Below, piece after piece: positions 36,004-46,090 of a stretch of DNA of 64,000 nucleotides. Each line of letters begins with the position of its first letter. Within the stretch, counting starts at the first letter, position 1. The stretch is from a bacterium (GTDB lineage Bacteria > Patescibacteriota > Minisyncoccia > Phycocordibacterales > UBA9973): positions 405,198 to 469,197 of the forward strand of contig JBAXXQ010000001.1 of assembly GCA_037127795.1 (NCBI GenBank). The letters are read 5' to 3'. The position numbers and the translations under genes were made by a program. The notes under the pieces are model-generated. The model saw nothing but the letters and a program-made list of their open reading frames with translations, was not told the origin of the DNA and did no database searches.

Positions 36004-38844
36004 CTAGAGTACAATATTTACCACACGACTTTCCACAACAATTATCTTTTTGACTTGTTGTCCAGATATGTACTGCTGAATCTTTTCATTTTCTAGTGCA
36101 AGTTTTTCAATTTCTTCTTTTGCGGTACCAATAGCGACTTCGATAGTGCCACGAAGTTTGCCATTTATTTGAATAGGAAGTGTCATCGTTGAGTCGATAA
36201 TTTTTGTAGGGTCATACTTAGGCCAAGACTCTAAATGAATACTTGAGGTGTTACCGAGCATATACCAAAGCTCCTCTGCTATATGTGGCGCAAATGGTGC
36301 AAGAAGTTGCAACAATGTTTTATATTCAGTATTTGAGATATTTTCTATACTATCCCACTCATTAGTCAAAATCATCATTTGAGAAATAGCAGTATTGAAT
36401 TTAAATTCTTCAATATCTTCAGTCATTTTTTTGATAGTTTTGTGTAATTGTTTTGTCTCTGTAGTTACGGTATCAGAAATTTTTTCTTGTAATTTCCACA
36501 CACGCTCAAGAAAACGTCGTACGCCAACTACCCCGTTTGGATCCCACGGATAATTTGTTGTTACTCCATATGGCCCCATAAATGCCAAATACATACGAAC
36601 AGTATCTGCACCGAGCAATTTCACAATATTATCTGGATCAATAACATTCCCTTTTGATTTACTCATTTTATTTCCATCAGGGCCTAATATGAGCCCGCGA
36701 TTGCGACGGACAGTATACGCTTCGGTATCTTGTACAAGCCCAATATCATAGAGCGCTTTTGTCCAAAAACGAGAGTATAGCAAGTGCATGGTAGTATGCT
36801 CTGCACCTCCCATATACAGATCAAGAGGCATCCATGCAGCCATTTTTTCTGGACTTGCAAAAGCCTCATTATTTTTATTATCTACATAGCGATAAAAGTA
36901 CCATGAAGAATCCACAAAAGTATCCATAGTTTCTACTTCCGGCTTCCAGCCTTTACCAAATATTTTTTCAGTGCGCTCAAAAAGCTCCTTACTACGAGCA
37001 AGTGGAGCTGTACCATCTGGGGTGTGATCTACATCTGTCGGCAAAAGCCATGGCAAATGTTCATCTGGGACCGGGTGCGCAATACCTTCTGGATCATACA
37101 CTATTGGTATAGGAGTACCCCAATATCTTTGACGGCTAATACCCCAATCACGAAGTCTATAAGTACTTACCAATCTCCCACCAACCTTATTAGTAATTTC
37201 TACCTTATCTACAAGTGGTCTATCTAATACTGGTAAATTGTACACACTAGCAAATTCAGCATCTCTTTCATCATGCATAGGTACTGCCATCACAGCTCCT
37301 GTACCATACCCAGCAAGCACATAATCTGCGATCCATACAGGAACAACTTCATTATTTGCGGGATTTATAACAAAAACACCTTTGAGCTGTACGCCAGTTT
37401 TCTCTTTTGATTGTTGACGATCAAGCTCAGACTTCTTTTTTGTATCTGCTATATATGCGAGTACTTCATCTTTGTTTTCTATTTGTGAAAGTAATTGCTG
37501 TACGAGTGCATGCTCTGGTGCAAGTACTACATATGTCACTCCAAAAAGTGTATCCGCACGAGTGGTAAATACAGTAATTTTTGTATCAAGCGCTTTCAGT
37601 AGTTCAGGTTCTTTTTCTGCATCAAAATGAGGAAGTTCTGCTTTTACAAAACGAGTAGGAACATTAAGCAATGTCTCAATTTCAGACATTTGTTTTTTTG
37701 TAATAGCATCATCAGCAGTATCTTGTATTATTTTTATAAAACCAGTATTTGATTTTATTTTTTTTACATCAAAATCCCAAGTAAATGTATCTTTAAAAAT
37801 TTTATCTTCTTCAAAATCAGGAGAACAAAAAGCACCAGATAATATAAGTCCTGCAATTGGTTTTGTTATTTTTTCCAAAACTTTCATTGCAACAACAGAG
37901 CCCAAACTATGCCCCCATACAATAGTATTTTCATCATAAGCAACAGCATCAAGCGCAGTGGCAACTTGTTCTATTTCTTTTGGAGAATTTGTATTTGGTA
38001 ATACTGGACAGACAACAGTGTGACCTCTTTTTTCCAACTCTTCTTTTAGCCATGCATACTTTCCTTCATTAGGAGACCCTTGGAAGCCATGAAGTAATAC
38101 ATATGTATATTTTTTTGTAAAACTAAAATCTATTTCACTACCCTCACTTCTTCCAATCCAATTTTTTTGAGATTCTTTTATAGCGTGTGGCCAGTCGCGA
38201 GTATCGAGATCATCGATAAGTCTATCTGCGTATTTTGTAATACGGAGCATCCACTGTTCTTGGTCACGCTGTATTACCTCGCTCCCACAACGCTCACACT
38301 TATTATCTACAACCTGCTCATTCGCAAGAATAGTCTGATCTTTAGGGCACCAGTTCACCTTGGTCACTGCACGATACACCAAATCTTTTTTAAGAAATTG
38401 TGTAAACATCCACTGTGTCCATTTGTAGTACTCAGGCGCACAAGAAACTATCTCTTTATCCCAATCAAACATTGCCCCCATACTCTTGAGCTGCTCACGC
38501 ATCACATCCATTTGCTTATATGTCCAACTCATTGGATCACCACCGAATTTGATAGCAGCATTTTCTGCAGGAAGACCAAATGCATCGAAGCCCATAGGGT
38601 ACAACACATTGAAGCCTTGCATACGTTTGTATCGCGCAAAAATATCTGGTACAGAAAATGCATACCAGTGTCCTACATGGAGATTGCCCGATGGATAACT
38701 AAACTCCACTAGTTGATAAAAATTCTCTTTTTCTGAGACACTATCTTGCACCTTATACAGACCCTGCTCTTGCCATTTCTCTTGCCATTTCTTCTCTATT
38801 TCTACATGGTTGTATAGGTTTTTCATATATACCCATTTTTTCAT
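36004..38844 (-). CDS. leuS: Leucyl-tRNA synthetase with an inserted alpha/beta serine-hydrolase domain
   Basis: HIGH region (YPSGNLHVGHWYAF), CP1 editing domain (TVFTTRADTLFGVTYVVLAPEH, GTGAVMAVPMHDERDAEFA) and KMSKS (GNKMSKSKGN) are all present. About 180 extra residues between WIGRSEGSEIDF and the CP1 start carry HG (LLHGFQGS), GHSLG and PHFD motifs. Confidence 0.85.
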   Translation of the reverse strand: MKKWVYMKNLYNHVEIEKKWQEKWQEQGLYKVQDSVSEKENFYQLVEFSYPSGNLHVGHWYAFSVPDIFARYKRMQGFNVLYPMGFDAFGLPAENAAIKFGGDPMSWTYKQMDVMREQLKSMGAMFDWDKEIVSCAPEYYKWTQWMFTQFLKKDLVYRAVTKVNWCPKDQTILANEQVVDNKCERCGSEVIQRDQEQWMLRITKYADRLIDDLDTRDWPHAIKESQKNWIGRSEGSEIDFSFTKKYTYVLLHGFQGSPNEGKYAWLKEELEKRGHTVVCPVLPNTNSPKEIEQVATALDAVAYDENTIVWGHSLGSVVAMKVLEKITKPIAGLILSGAFCSPDFEEDKIFKDTFTWDFDVKKIKSNTGFIKIIQDTADDAITKKQMSEIETLLNVPTRFVKAELPHFDAEKEPELLKALDTKITVFTTRADTLFGVTYVVLAPEHALVQQLLSQIENKDEVLAYIADTKKKSELDRQQSKEKTGVQLKGVFVINPANNEVVPVWIADYVLAGYGTGAVMAVPMHDERDAEFASVYNLPVLDRPLVDKVEITNKVGGRLVSTYRLRDWGISRQRYWGTPIPIVYDPEGIAHPVPDEHLPWLLPTDVDHTPDGTAPLARSKELFERTEKIFGKGWKPEVETMDTFVDSSWYFYRYVDNKNNEAFASPEKMAAWMPLDLYMGGAEHTTMHLLYSRFWTKALYDIGLVQDTEAYTVRRNRGLILGPDGNKMSKSKGNVIDPDNIVKLLGADTVRMYLAFMGPYGVTTNYPWDPNGVVGVRRFLERVWKLQEKISDTVTTETKQLHKTIKKMTEDIEEFKFNTAISQMMILTNEWDSIENISNTEYKTLLQLLAPFAPHIAEELWYMLGNTSSIHLESWPKYDPTKIIDSTMTLPIQINGKLRGTIEVAIGTAKEEIEKLALENEKIQQYISGQQVKKIIVVESRVVNIVL

Positions 38845-38889
38845 AAAAACCCTATAAAAGCAATAAAACCCTCATTTCGAGGGTTTTAT

Positions 38890-40017
38890 TTATTTCTCAT
38901 GACTGAGTGCGATAGTGAGTGCTTCGATAGCGATTTTGCGAGCGGCGTCTGGTTTGAAAAAGTCTTTTGCATGATGCGCCATAGTATCATAGCGATCCTT
39001 ATTTTCTAAAATAGTTTCTATTTCATGGAGGATCACTGAGGGGTTCATATTTGATTCTTCAACTACGACACACCCACCTGCACGTGCATAATGATACGCA
39101 TTTTTTCTTTGATGATCATCATGGGCTATTGGATACGGTATCAAAATAGAAGGCTTGCCCCATGCTGCAATATCAAACAATCCGCTTCCTGAACGAGATA
39201 TTACAATAGTACTTGCCCCACCAAACATCTTCATCTGCAGTTCATTCAAAAATGGGTACACTTTGTATCGAGTACGGTGAATATTATTTTCGAGTACAAT
39301 ACGACTATCTTCAAGTACGGTCTCATAGAGCGCAGGACCTGTTTGATGAATGATTTGATATTTTTGTAAAAGCTCTGGGAGTAATGCAACAATTGCATCA
39401 TTGATAGCTTTTGCACCTTGTGAGCCACCAATCACACCAATCACCGGCATACTAGGATCGAGCTCAAAAAACTTTACCGGGTCTTCTGTTGCAGCCATTG
39501 CAGTAGAGCGACGCATAGGATACCCCACAAGAGAAACCTTACTTTCATCAAAATACGCAGCCGCTTCTGGGAATGCAATTGCGACACGCACAGCAAATTT
39601 TCCAGACCATTTATTCACTCGTCCTGGCGCAGTGTCTGATTCATGAATAATAACAGGGATGCGGAGCAATCGAGCCGCAAACAATACAGGAAATGCTGGA
39701 TAGCCCCCCTTACTGACAATAACATCAGGATACAAGACAAATACTTTTCTCAAAGCACCAAATATACCAAAAAATGTTTTTATTGCATCAATAAGATTTT
39801 GTACTGACGGATATACTCGCAACTTCCCTGCTGATACGCGAATAAATGTTATATATTGAGACTTCAATGCATCTGTATCGTATGGGCGATCTGCCATATA
39901 ATACATTTTCAAATTGACGATTTTTTCTTCATCAACAAGTTTATTCATTGCTTCAGCAATGGCAATAAGTGGATAAAAGTGTCCTCCTGTTCCGCCTCCT
40001 GTAAAAAGTATTTTCAT
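38890..40017 (-). CDS. murG: UDP-GlcNAc:undecaprenyl-PP-MurNAc-pentapeptide GlcNAc transferase MurG
   Basis: MKILFTGGGTGGHFYPLIAIAEA is the GT28 N-terminal G-rich loop. C-terminal GGSQGA motif present. Confidence 0.85.
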   Translation of the reverse strand: MKILFTGGGTGGHFYPLIAIAEAMNKLVDEEKIVNLKMYYMADRPYDTDALKSQYITFIRVSAGKLRVYPSVQNLIDAIKTFFGIFGALRKVFVLYPDVIVSKGGYPAFPVLFAARLLRIPVIIHESDTAPGRVNKWSGKFAVRVAIAFPEAAAYFDESKVSLVGYPMRRSTAMAATEDPVKFFELDPSMPVIGVIGGSQGAKAINDAIVALLPELLQKYQIIHQTGPALYETVLEDSRIVLENNIHRTRYKVYPFLNELQMKMFGGASTIVISRSGSGLFDIAAWGKPSILIPYPIAHDDHQRKNAYHYARAGGCVVVEESNMNPSVILHEIETILENKDRYDTMAHHAKDFFKPDAARKIAIEALTIALSHEK

Positions 40018-40039
40018 AAGATATTTCTAGTATACACTA

Positions 40040-41155
40040 TTACGCGGCTCGTTTGTAGCGAGATACTTGTAAAATAATCCCGACTGACGCAAGCGCAAAA
40101 AGTAATGCTGTCCCCCCTTGAGACACAAAAACCAACGGAACTCCGGTCAATGGAAACAGTCCTACAATAGATACGATATTGAGGAACGACTGCGCGACAA
40201 GCATAGTCACAAGTCCTACCACCATAAATCGACTAAATGCATCCGGCGCACGAAGTGCAATACTGTACCCTCGTATAGAAAAGAACACATATAGACATAC
40301 CAATATGACAGTACCAAAAAATCCAAACTCTTCTCCATACACGGCAAATATCGAGTCTCCTTGTGGTTCTGGAAGATAATTAAATTTTTGAATACTCTGA
40401 CCCAACCCTCGCCCAAATACTCCACCAGATCCTATTGCGATGAGAGATTGCTGTACTTGGTACGATGCGCCACGAGGATCAGCACTTGGATTAAGAAATG
40501 TTTTTACGCGATTCATTGTATATGGTCTAAAGAAAAGCAATGTCACAAAACCAAATACAGCAATACCACAAATCCACAAAATCTTTTTCATCTGTATTCC
40601 AGATACAAAAAGCATTACCGATGAAGCCCCCGCAATAAGAATCAAACTTTTTGTATCAGGTTGCAAAAGCAGCAATCCTCCAGTCACTGCAATCATGACT
40701 ACAAAAGGAACAATCTGGCTTGAATCTCCTTCTTTTTTCTTTTTTTCAAACCATGCAAGCCATGAAGAAAAATAAATAACGAACGCGATTTTCAAAAACT
40801 CTGCCGGCTGAAACGATACTGGGCCAATAGCAATCCAACGCCGTGCTCCTCCATGACTAAAACCAATATGGGGAATAAAAACTAATGCAGTAAATACTAG
40901 TCCGAACAAAAATATATAGAGTGAATGTTTTCTCCAAAAGGTATAAGGGATTTTTAAACAAATAACGAGCGCAATAAACCCTGCAGTATACCCAAGTGCA
41001 AGCTGACTAAATAATACACTATAAAACTTGCTCTCACTGTGCGCCAAGATTCCCAACGATGCAGAAATAAAAATAAATAATCCAGCAATACAAATCGTCA
41101 AAACTACTCCAAAAAATGATCTATCAAATGGTTGTAGCTTTTGTTGTACTGCCAT
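40040..41155 (-). CDS. ftsW: SEDS-family peptidoglycan glycosyltransferase (FtsW/RodA), probably FtsW by synteny
   Basis: 10-TM protein carrying the SEDS signature region. Located between murG and mraY. Confidence 0.7.
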   Translation of the reverse strand: MAVQQKLQPFDRSFFGVVLTICIAGLFIFISASLGILAHSESKFYSVLFSQLALGYTAGFIALVICLKIPYTFWRKHSLYIFLFGLVFTALVFIPHIGFSHGGARRWIAIGPVSFQPAEFLKIAFVIYFSSWLAWFEKKKKEGDSSQIVPFVVMIAVTGGLLLLQPDTKSLILIAGASSVMLFVSGIQMKKILWICGIAVFGFVTLLFFRPYTMNRVKTFLNPSADPRGASYQVQQSLIAIGSGGVFGRGLGQSIQKFNYLPEPQGDSIFAVYGEEFGFFGTVILVCLYVFFSIRGYSIALRAPDAFSRFMVVGLVTMLVAQSFLNIVSIVGLFPLTGVPLVFVSQGGTALLFALASVGIILQVSRYKRAA

Positions 41156-41158
41156 ATA

Positions 41159-42223
41159 TTAACCAACCAATGCAAGTACAAGTCCTGCTATTGCTGCAAT
41201 CATACCAATAATCCAATATCGCATAACAATCTTTTCTCGTGACCATCCCAATGCATGAAAATGATGATGTAGCGGCGCTATTTTGAACACGCGTCTTTTA
41301 TTGAAATATTTATAACTAGTTATTTGAATAATATTTGAAGCACTGGTTGCCGCAAGTGGTAATGCAATAAGTGGTAAAAGCAATACGGTATCTGTAAGAA
41401 ATGCAATAACAGTGAGCACTACAGTAAGCCCCAATATTCCTGTTTCTCCCATATAAAACTTTGCGGGTGGTACATTGAACCAAAGGAATGCCAATATAGA
41501 TCCAGAAAGCACACCACAAAAGGCTGCAATATCTACCATATGCTTACCAAATGCAATACCTGCATATGCACCAAAAATAATAGCGAGTACTCCTCCTGCG
41601 AGTCCATCCATACCATCGATCACACTAGTAGAAAATGTTGCAACAAGCACCATAATAAAAAATGGAATGAACAAAAATCCTAGGTGAAGAAAATGCCCGG
41701 TGAGTGGTATTGCGACAGCATTCATACCAAGCTTAAAATAAAACCAAGAACCAATAAGTGCCCCCACCAACGATACAATAGCAATCTTCACGCGACGGTA
41801 TTTGATATCATCATTTATAAAGCGACCATTACCGCCATTGATTTGCAAAAAGTCGTCAAAAAGCCCAACCATAGAACCAAAAAGTAATGACGCGAGTGGG
41901 ACCAATGTTTGATTTCTACTATAAAAATCTAAGCTTTTACTAAGATCAGAAGGAAAAACTTTTGAAATGAGCCACATTATAGAAATCACTGCAAGTGTAG
42001 AAAACCAAATAACTACCCCGCCTACTCGCGGTGTAGAAATTTCTTCTTTGGTATTGTGTAATGCTTCAAAAGAATTGTTGGTGATATCTGTCGCATCAGT
42101 ACGAGCAATCTTTTTCCAAAGCTTATGCAATTGCATATATTTCAAAAAACGAGGGGCAGCAACAATCCCTACTGCGAATGCAAGTGTAGTTGGTAAGAAA
42201 ATTTTTACAACGTGAATAATCAT
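41159..42223 (-). CDS. mraY: Phospho-N-acetylmuramoyl-pentapeptide transferase MraY
   Basis: Polytopic protein with PRVGGVVIW (PTMGG-like), DDFL and MGETGILGL (MGDTGSL-like) motifs. Confidence 0.75.
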   Translation of the reverse strand: MIIHVVKIFLPTTLAFAVGIVAAPRFLKYMQLHKLWKKIARTDATDITNNSFEALHNTKEEISTPRVGGVVIWFSTLAVISIMWLISKVFPSDLSKSLDFYSRNQTLVPLASLLFGSMVGLFDDFLQINGGNGRFINDDIKYRRVKIAIVSLVGALIGSWFYFKLGMNAVAIPLTGHFLHLGFLFIPFFIMVLVATFSTSVIDGMDGLAGGVLAIIFGAYAGIAFGKHMVDIAAFCGVLSGSILAFLWFNVPPAKFYMGETGILGLTVVLTVIAFLTDTVLLLPLIALPLAATSASNIIQITSYKYFNKRRVFKIAPLHHHFHALGWSREKIVMRYWIIGMIAAIAGLVLALVG

Positions 42224-42228
42224 AGGAA

Positions 42229-42759
42229 TTATTGTATATCTTTTTGTGTTAATAATTGTTTTATTTTTGCTGATTGTGCTGCAAATTCTGGAAGCTCAGC
42301 AGTACTAGTAATACCAAACTCTCGCAACAAATCAATACTTGGTACATACGAAACACTTCTACCATTCCCTTTTGCTTCTATAAGTCCTCGAGCCACGAGC
42401 GCTCGTATACTGTAGACACTATTTACTCCGCGGATAAATTCGATATCAGTCTTTGTTGCACCTTCCATATAAGCCACAATCGCGAGTGTTTCGCCTTGTG
42501 CTTTTGAAAGCTCTTTTGCAAAGCTTTCTTTTTGCATAGCCGCAATAAACTCACTCATTGATTCATCAATAGCAAGCCCAACAGTATTGTTTTGTACCAA
42601 AACGACAACACCACTATTTTGTAAACTTTGTACAAGTTCTTGGACTGCAGGTGCAATATCTGCGACAGGTACCCCACAAAGTTTTGCAAGTGCATCAAAA
42701 GACTGCGGTTCTGCAGTAAAAAAAAGTATTGCGTGTATCTGGCAAGTAAGTTTATTCAT
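42229..42759 (-). CDS. scpB: Segregation and condensation protein B
   Basis: Winged-helix pattern FFTAEPQSFDALAKLCGVP..RGLIE. ~175 aa. Overlaps scpA. Confidence 0.75.
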   Translation of the reverse strand: MNKLTCQIHAILFFTAEPQSFDALAKLCGVPVADIAPAVQELVQSLQNSGVVVLVQNNTVGLAIDESMSEFIAAMQKESFAKELSKAQGETLAIVAYMEGATKTDIEFIRGVNSVYSIRALVARGLIEAKGNGRSVSYVPSIDLLREFGITSTAELPEFAAQSAKIKQLLTQKDIQ

Positions 42760-43483
42760 GATTTTTGGTTAACATTATATCGGTAAATACTCCAGACTCT
42801 TGCTCTGCAGAAACCATACCTCTACGTACTAATTCTAGCATACCCAAGAAAGAAACGATTGTGTATACCTTTTGTGTCTTGGTATCTCCATCTGGATCAC
42901 GGACCACAATATCATTGAAGCTTGTTTTCAATGCTTTGGTAATACGGTCCTCAAGCGTCGCAAGTACTTCTGTAATAGAAATAGTTTTGTACACTCGCGC
43001 TACAGGAGCTTTTGATACTACTGGGACATTACTGAACAAACTAGTAAGTATTGGAAGCAATGTATCTTTGGTAATATGTGGATCAGGAGAAAATACGATA
43101 GGGCGCGACATAGGACGACCTTCAAATAAAATCTTTTTCCCATATTGTTTTGAAAGATCTATTTGTATATGAGAAATTATTTCAAACAATGCAAGGCGTC
43201 GCTCGAGATCGGTGATAGACTCTACTTCTTCTGGTGCGAGCTCAAGATTTGGCAAAAGCGAACGAGCCTTTATCAAAATAAGTGTCGCGGCGACAGCAAG
43301 GAATTGCCCCACCATATCTGGCGTCATACCCTTTTGTTGTATATACAAAATAAAATCATCAGTAACAGCCGCAAGTGAAATATCATTCACAAAAAACTTA
43401 CGCTTTTCTACCATTTCCAACAAGACTTCAATAGGTCCCTGGAAGGTTTCGTGTTGAATATGAAATTGCTCTGAAGTGGTCAT
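42752..43483 (-). CDS. scpA: Segregation and condensation protein A (kleisin)
   Basis: FQGPIEVLLEMVEKRKFFVNDISLAAVTDDF is the typical ScpA N-terminus. Co-transcribed with scpB. Confidence 0.75.
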   Translation of the reverse strand: MTTSEQFHIQHETFQGPIEVLLEMVEKRKFFVNDISLAAVTDDFILYIQQKGMTPDMVGQFLAVAATLILIKARSLLPNLELAPEEVESITDLERRLALFEIISHIQIDLSKQYGKKILFEGRPMSRPIVFSPDPHITKDTLLPILTSLFSNVPVVSKAPVARVYKTISITEVLATLEDRITKALKTSFNDIVVRDPDGDTKTQKVYTIVSFLGMLELVRRGMVSAEQESGVFTDIMLTKNHE

Positions 43484-43572
43484 ACTATAGACAATAGTAT
43501 AAATGATTTTGCAACTATATAAAACATTTACAGGTATGGCATTTTCGCGTACAGTACAAAAAAATATATATT

Positions 43573-44094
43573 ATGCTATTTACAATCAAATTTTTAACAG
43601 ACTATGATTCTGGTTTGTATGGTTCTATCGAAGGTAAATATCGCCAATACCAAAGAATAACTTTTGAGGTAGAAAAAGAGCTTATGGAAAAAAATATGAT
43701 CCAAGAGCTTTCTTCAGAACTCAACATTTTTATTAATAAAAAGTTTGCTGAAAAAAAATCTTCCAGAACCTGTGCACTTGCATGGAAACGATGGAGTAAA
43801 ATTATTTTTGAAAGTTACTTTATTAATGAAAATGGTGGCTTTGAAAGTCCCACCAAGGCACTATGTACAGATGTGTGGACAGATATTTTTGAAAAAAAAG
43901 AGCTTCTTCCTACACCGTTACGACTAATTGAAATCGATACCGAGACAGTAATCCCTAATATGCCTTTTGAAGCATGGATTACAGAAACAAATGAGATTTT
44001 AAAGCCTTATTTGGTTTTACAAGGATCATACGATGAACAAACTCGATATATCGGGTTGGGATTTGAACTTATTGCAAACAAAAAAGCTTGTTGA
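43573..44094 (+). CDS. Hypothetical protein
   Basis: 173-aa ORF. No motif recognised. Confidence 0.35.
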   Translation: MLFTIKFLTDYDSGLYGSIEGKYRQYQRITFEVEKELMEKNMIQELSSELNIFINKKFAEKKSSRTCALAWKRWSKIIFESYFINENGGFESPTKALCTDVWTDIFEKKELLPTPLRLIEIDTETVIPNMPFEAWITETNEILKPYLVLQGSYDEQTRYIGLGFELIANKKAC

Positions 44095-44145
44095 TTACTC
44101 AGCAAGCTTTTTCTTTTATCTATTTCATGATTATTATTCTTATCC

Positions 44146-45489
44146 CTAATCCTCCTCTTTATCAAATCTTTCATCGATTCTGACCATATCTCTAGGAAAA
44201 AGAGTTGCCTCACGTATGTTCGCTAGATTCAAAAACTGCATAGTTATACGTTCTGCACCAAATGCAAATCCTCCTTCAGGTGGTACACCATATTTGAACG
44301 CATCAAGAAACATTTTGATTTTTTTTGGATCCATTCCCCATATCTTTACGTGCTCCATTAATTGATTGTAGTTATTTATTCGGCGTCCACCTGAAAGTAA
44401 TTCTCTTCCACGACAAACAAGATCAACTCCTTCATTAAATTCAGGGTTTTCTTCACTAGGAAATACATAAAAAGGTTTCTTCATTGTAGGGTAGCCGTAC
44501 ACGAATACGAAGTCTGACCCTGTCTCTTTTTTGATTATCTCAGAAATTTCAACTTCATCTTGAGAGCTCAAATCCTTATCACCTCTATTATCTCTCCCGT
44601 ATACTTCAAATATTTTCTGATGCGCTTCTGTAAGAGATAGTGTTGGTGTGTATTCTATTATATTAGGAAGCTCTACATTAAGAATTTTCAAATGTTCACT
44701 GTTTCTTATCTTTATCTGCTCCAAAATATATCGGATAGTACCCTCTGCCATATCACGGACATCTTTCCAACTTTCGATAAATGCCATTTCTGCATCGAGA
44801 GATACTATCTCTGTAAGATGACGGGTAGTAGTACTTGGTTCTGCTCGAAATACTTTATTAACAGAGAAACAACGCTCAAAACCTGTCATAACAATTTGTT
44901 TGTATAATTGTGGAGATTGTGAAAGAAATGCCTTTTTATCAAAGTAGCTAATTTCAAAAACTTCTGCTCCTCCCTCTGCTGTCGCAGGAACAATACTTGG
45001 TGCCTGAAATTCAAAAAACATATTCTTTTTCATATACTCTCTAAAAGCATCTATTATTGTTTCTTGAATTTTAAAAATTGCTTGAATTTTTGGATGCCGA
45101 ATAACAAGCGCTCTATTATCGAGCTCTGTTGTAAGATCAAGATTATACCCACTAAGTGACATATCAAATGGTAGTGGCTCTGCTTCTGCAAGAACTTTTA
45201 TTTTTAAAATCTCAAGCTCGATATCTCCATTTAATACACCCTCTTTTTTATTTCTATCGGGTCGCTCATTTACTTTACCAACAACTTCAACAACCCACTC
45301 TTGGCGGATCTCTTTACCTACCTGCATTGCCTCACTATTGGGCAAAATAACCCCCTGAACAATACCGGTCATATCACGAAAATCAAAAAAGACCATTTTT
45401 CCTTGATCACGACGAACATCAATCCATCCTTTAATAGTAACCTCCAAACCTTTATGAGCCCCCAATTCGTTTATGTAGATTCTTTGCAT
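44146..45489 (-). CDS. Class IIb aminoacyl-tRNA synthetase: archaeal-type AspRS or AsnRS
   Basis: N-terminal OB-fold, motif 2 FRAEPSTTTRHLTEIVSLDAEMAF, QSPQLYKQ, and motif 3 GGFAFGAERITM. Confidence 0.75.
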   Translation of the reverse strand: MQRIYINELGAHKGLEVTIKGWIDVRRDQGKMVFFDFRDMTGIVQGVILPNSEAMQVGKEIRQEWVVEVVGKVNERPDRNKKEGVLNGDIELEILKIKVLAEAEPLPFDMSLSGYNLDLTTELDNRALVIRHPKIQAIFKIQETIIDAFREYMKKNMFFEFQAPSIVPATAEGGAEVFEISYFDKKAFLSQSPQLYKQIVMTGFERCFSVNKVFRAEPSTTTRHLTEIVSLDAEMAFIESWKDVRDMAEGTIRYILEQIKIRNSEHLKILNVELPNIIEYTPTLSLTEAHQKIFEVYGRDNRGDKDLSSQDEVEISEIIKKETGSDFVFVYGYPTMKKPFYVFPSEENPEFNEGVDLVCRGRELLSGGRRINNYNQLMEHVKIWGMDPKKIKMFLDAFKYGVPPEGGFAFGAERITMQFLNLANIREATLFPRDMVRIDERFDKEED

Positions 45490-45564
45490 ATGTGCATATT
45501 CTACAACAAAAATGAATAAAAAAAAAGCTCTACAGGAATATATCCTTATAGAGCTTTTTAATAA

Positions 45565-45846
45565 TTAACTAAAACAATCCATATGTATCTGTGTTGCCAC
45601 TTCTGCTATCTTACGACCGTATTCACCCATTTCAATAAGATAGAAATCAACAACATCTTGATTACTACCAAGGGTTTTAAAAAGTGGACGAAATCGTTCA
45701 TCTCTTTTAAGCTCTTGAACAAACCTAGAAAAATATTCAGAGTCACCAGGAGATTTTCGAGGTATCTTAATACCAGGTATATCGTTTGACTCAAAAACTT
45801 TGCTGTTTAATAAAGCGATAAGCGTATCTTTTTCTTTGTTAGTCAT
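45565..45846 (-). CDS. Hypothetical small protein
   Basis: ORF preceded by a strong promoter whose inferred start site lies downstream of the longer ORF-track start. Start taken at MTNKEK. Confidence 0.35.
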   Translation of the reverse strand: MTNKEKDTLIALLNSKVFESNDIPGIKIPRKSPGDSEYFSRFVQELKRDERFRPLFKTLGSNQDVVDFYLIEMGEYGRKIAEVATQIHMDCFS

Positions 45847-45864
45847 ACATTTTATTTTTTTATT

Positions 45865-45892
45865 ATTATAGCATAATTTATAAAAAATGCAA
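45865..45892 (-). promoter_or_regulatory. Sigma70-like promoter TTGCAT-16 nt-TATAAT
   Basis: Minus strand reads attGCATtttttataaattatgcTATAAT. The inferred TSS is about 12 nt before the ATG at 45846. Confidence 0.5.
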
Positions 45893-45936
45893 TAATTAAA
45901 GCCACGCATTATATCGTGACTTTATACTGTAAATAA

Positions 45937-46071
45937 TTATCTTGGTTTTGAGACCGTTGTTGTGGTCGTAATGACTGTCGTTGTAACCTCAACGGTAACA
46001 CCCTTACCTTCTCCACCTCCGCCTCCGCCCCAAAATACTGAACTTTGCGAAAAAGAAAATCTTTTTTTCAT
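45937..46071 (-). CDS. Candidate 44-aa Gly/Thr-rich small peptide (MKKRFSFSQSSVFWGGGGGGEGKGVTVEVTTTVITTTTTVSKPR)
   Basis: Not in the supplied ORF track. Hand-translated from ATG (46071) to TAA (45939-45937). Has its own TTGCAT-16-TATAAT promoter and follows the ABC exporter terminator. Confidence 0.35.
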   Translation of the reverse strand: MKKRFSFSQSSVFWGGGGGGEGKGVTVEVTTTVITTTTTVSKPR

Positions 46072-46090
46072 GTTAATTTATTTTGTATGC

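Noticed and set aside
45985-46035. ccacctccgcctccgcccc low-complexity tract as a possible tandem repeat or slippage site.
   Set aside because: It is simply the Gly6-encoding run (GGN codons) of the small peptide ORF on the opposite strand, not an independent repeat array.
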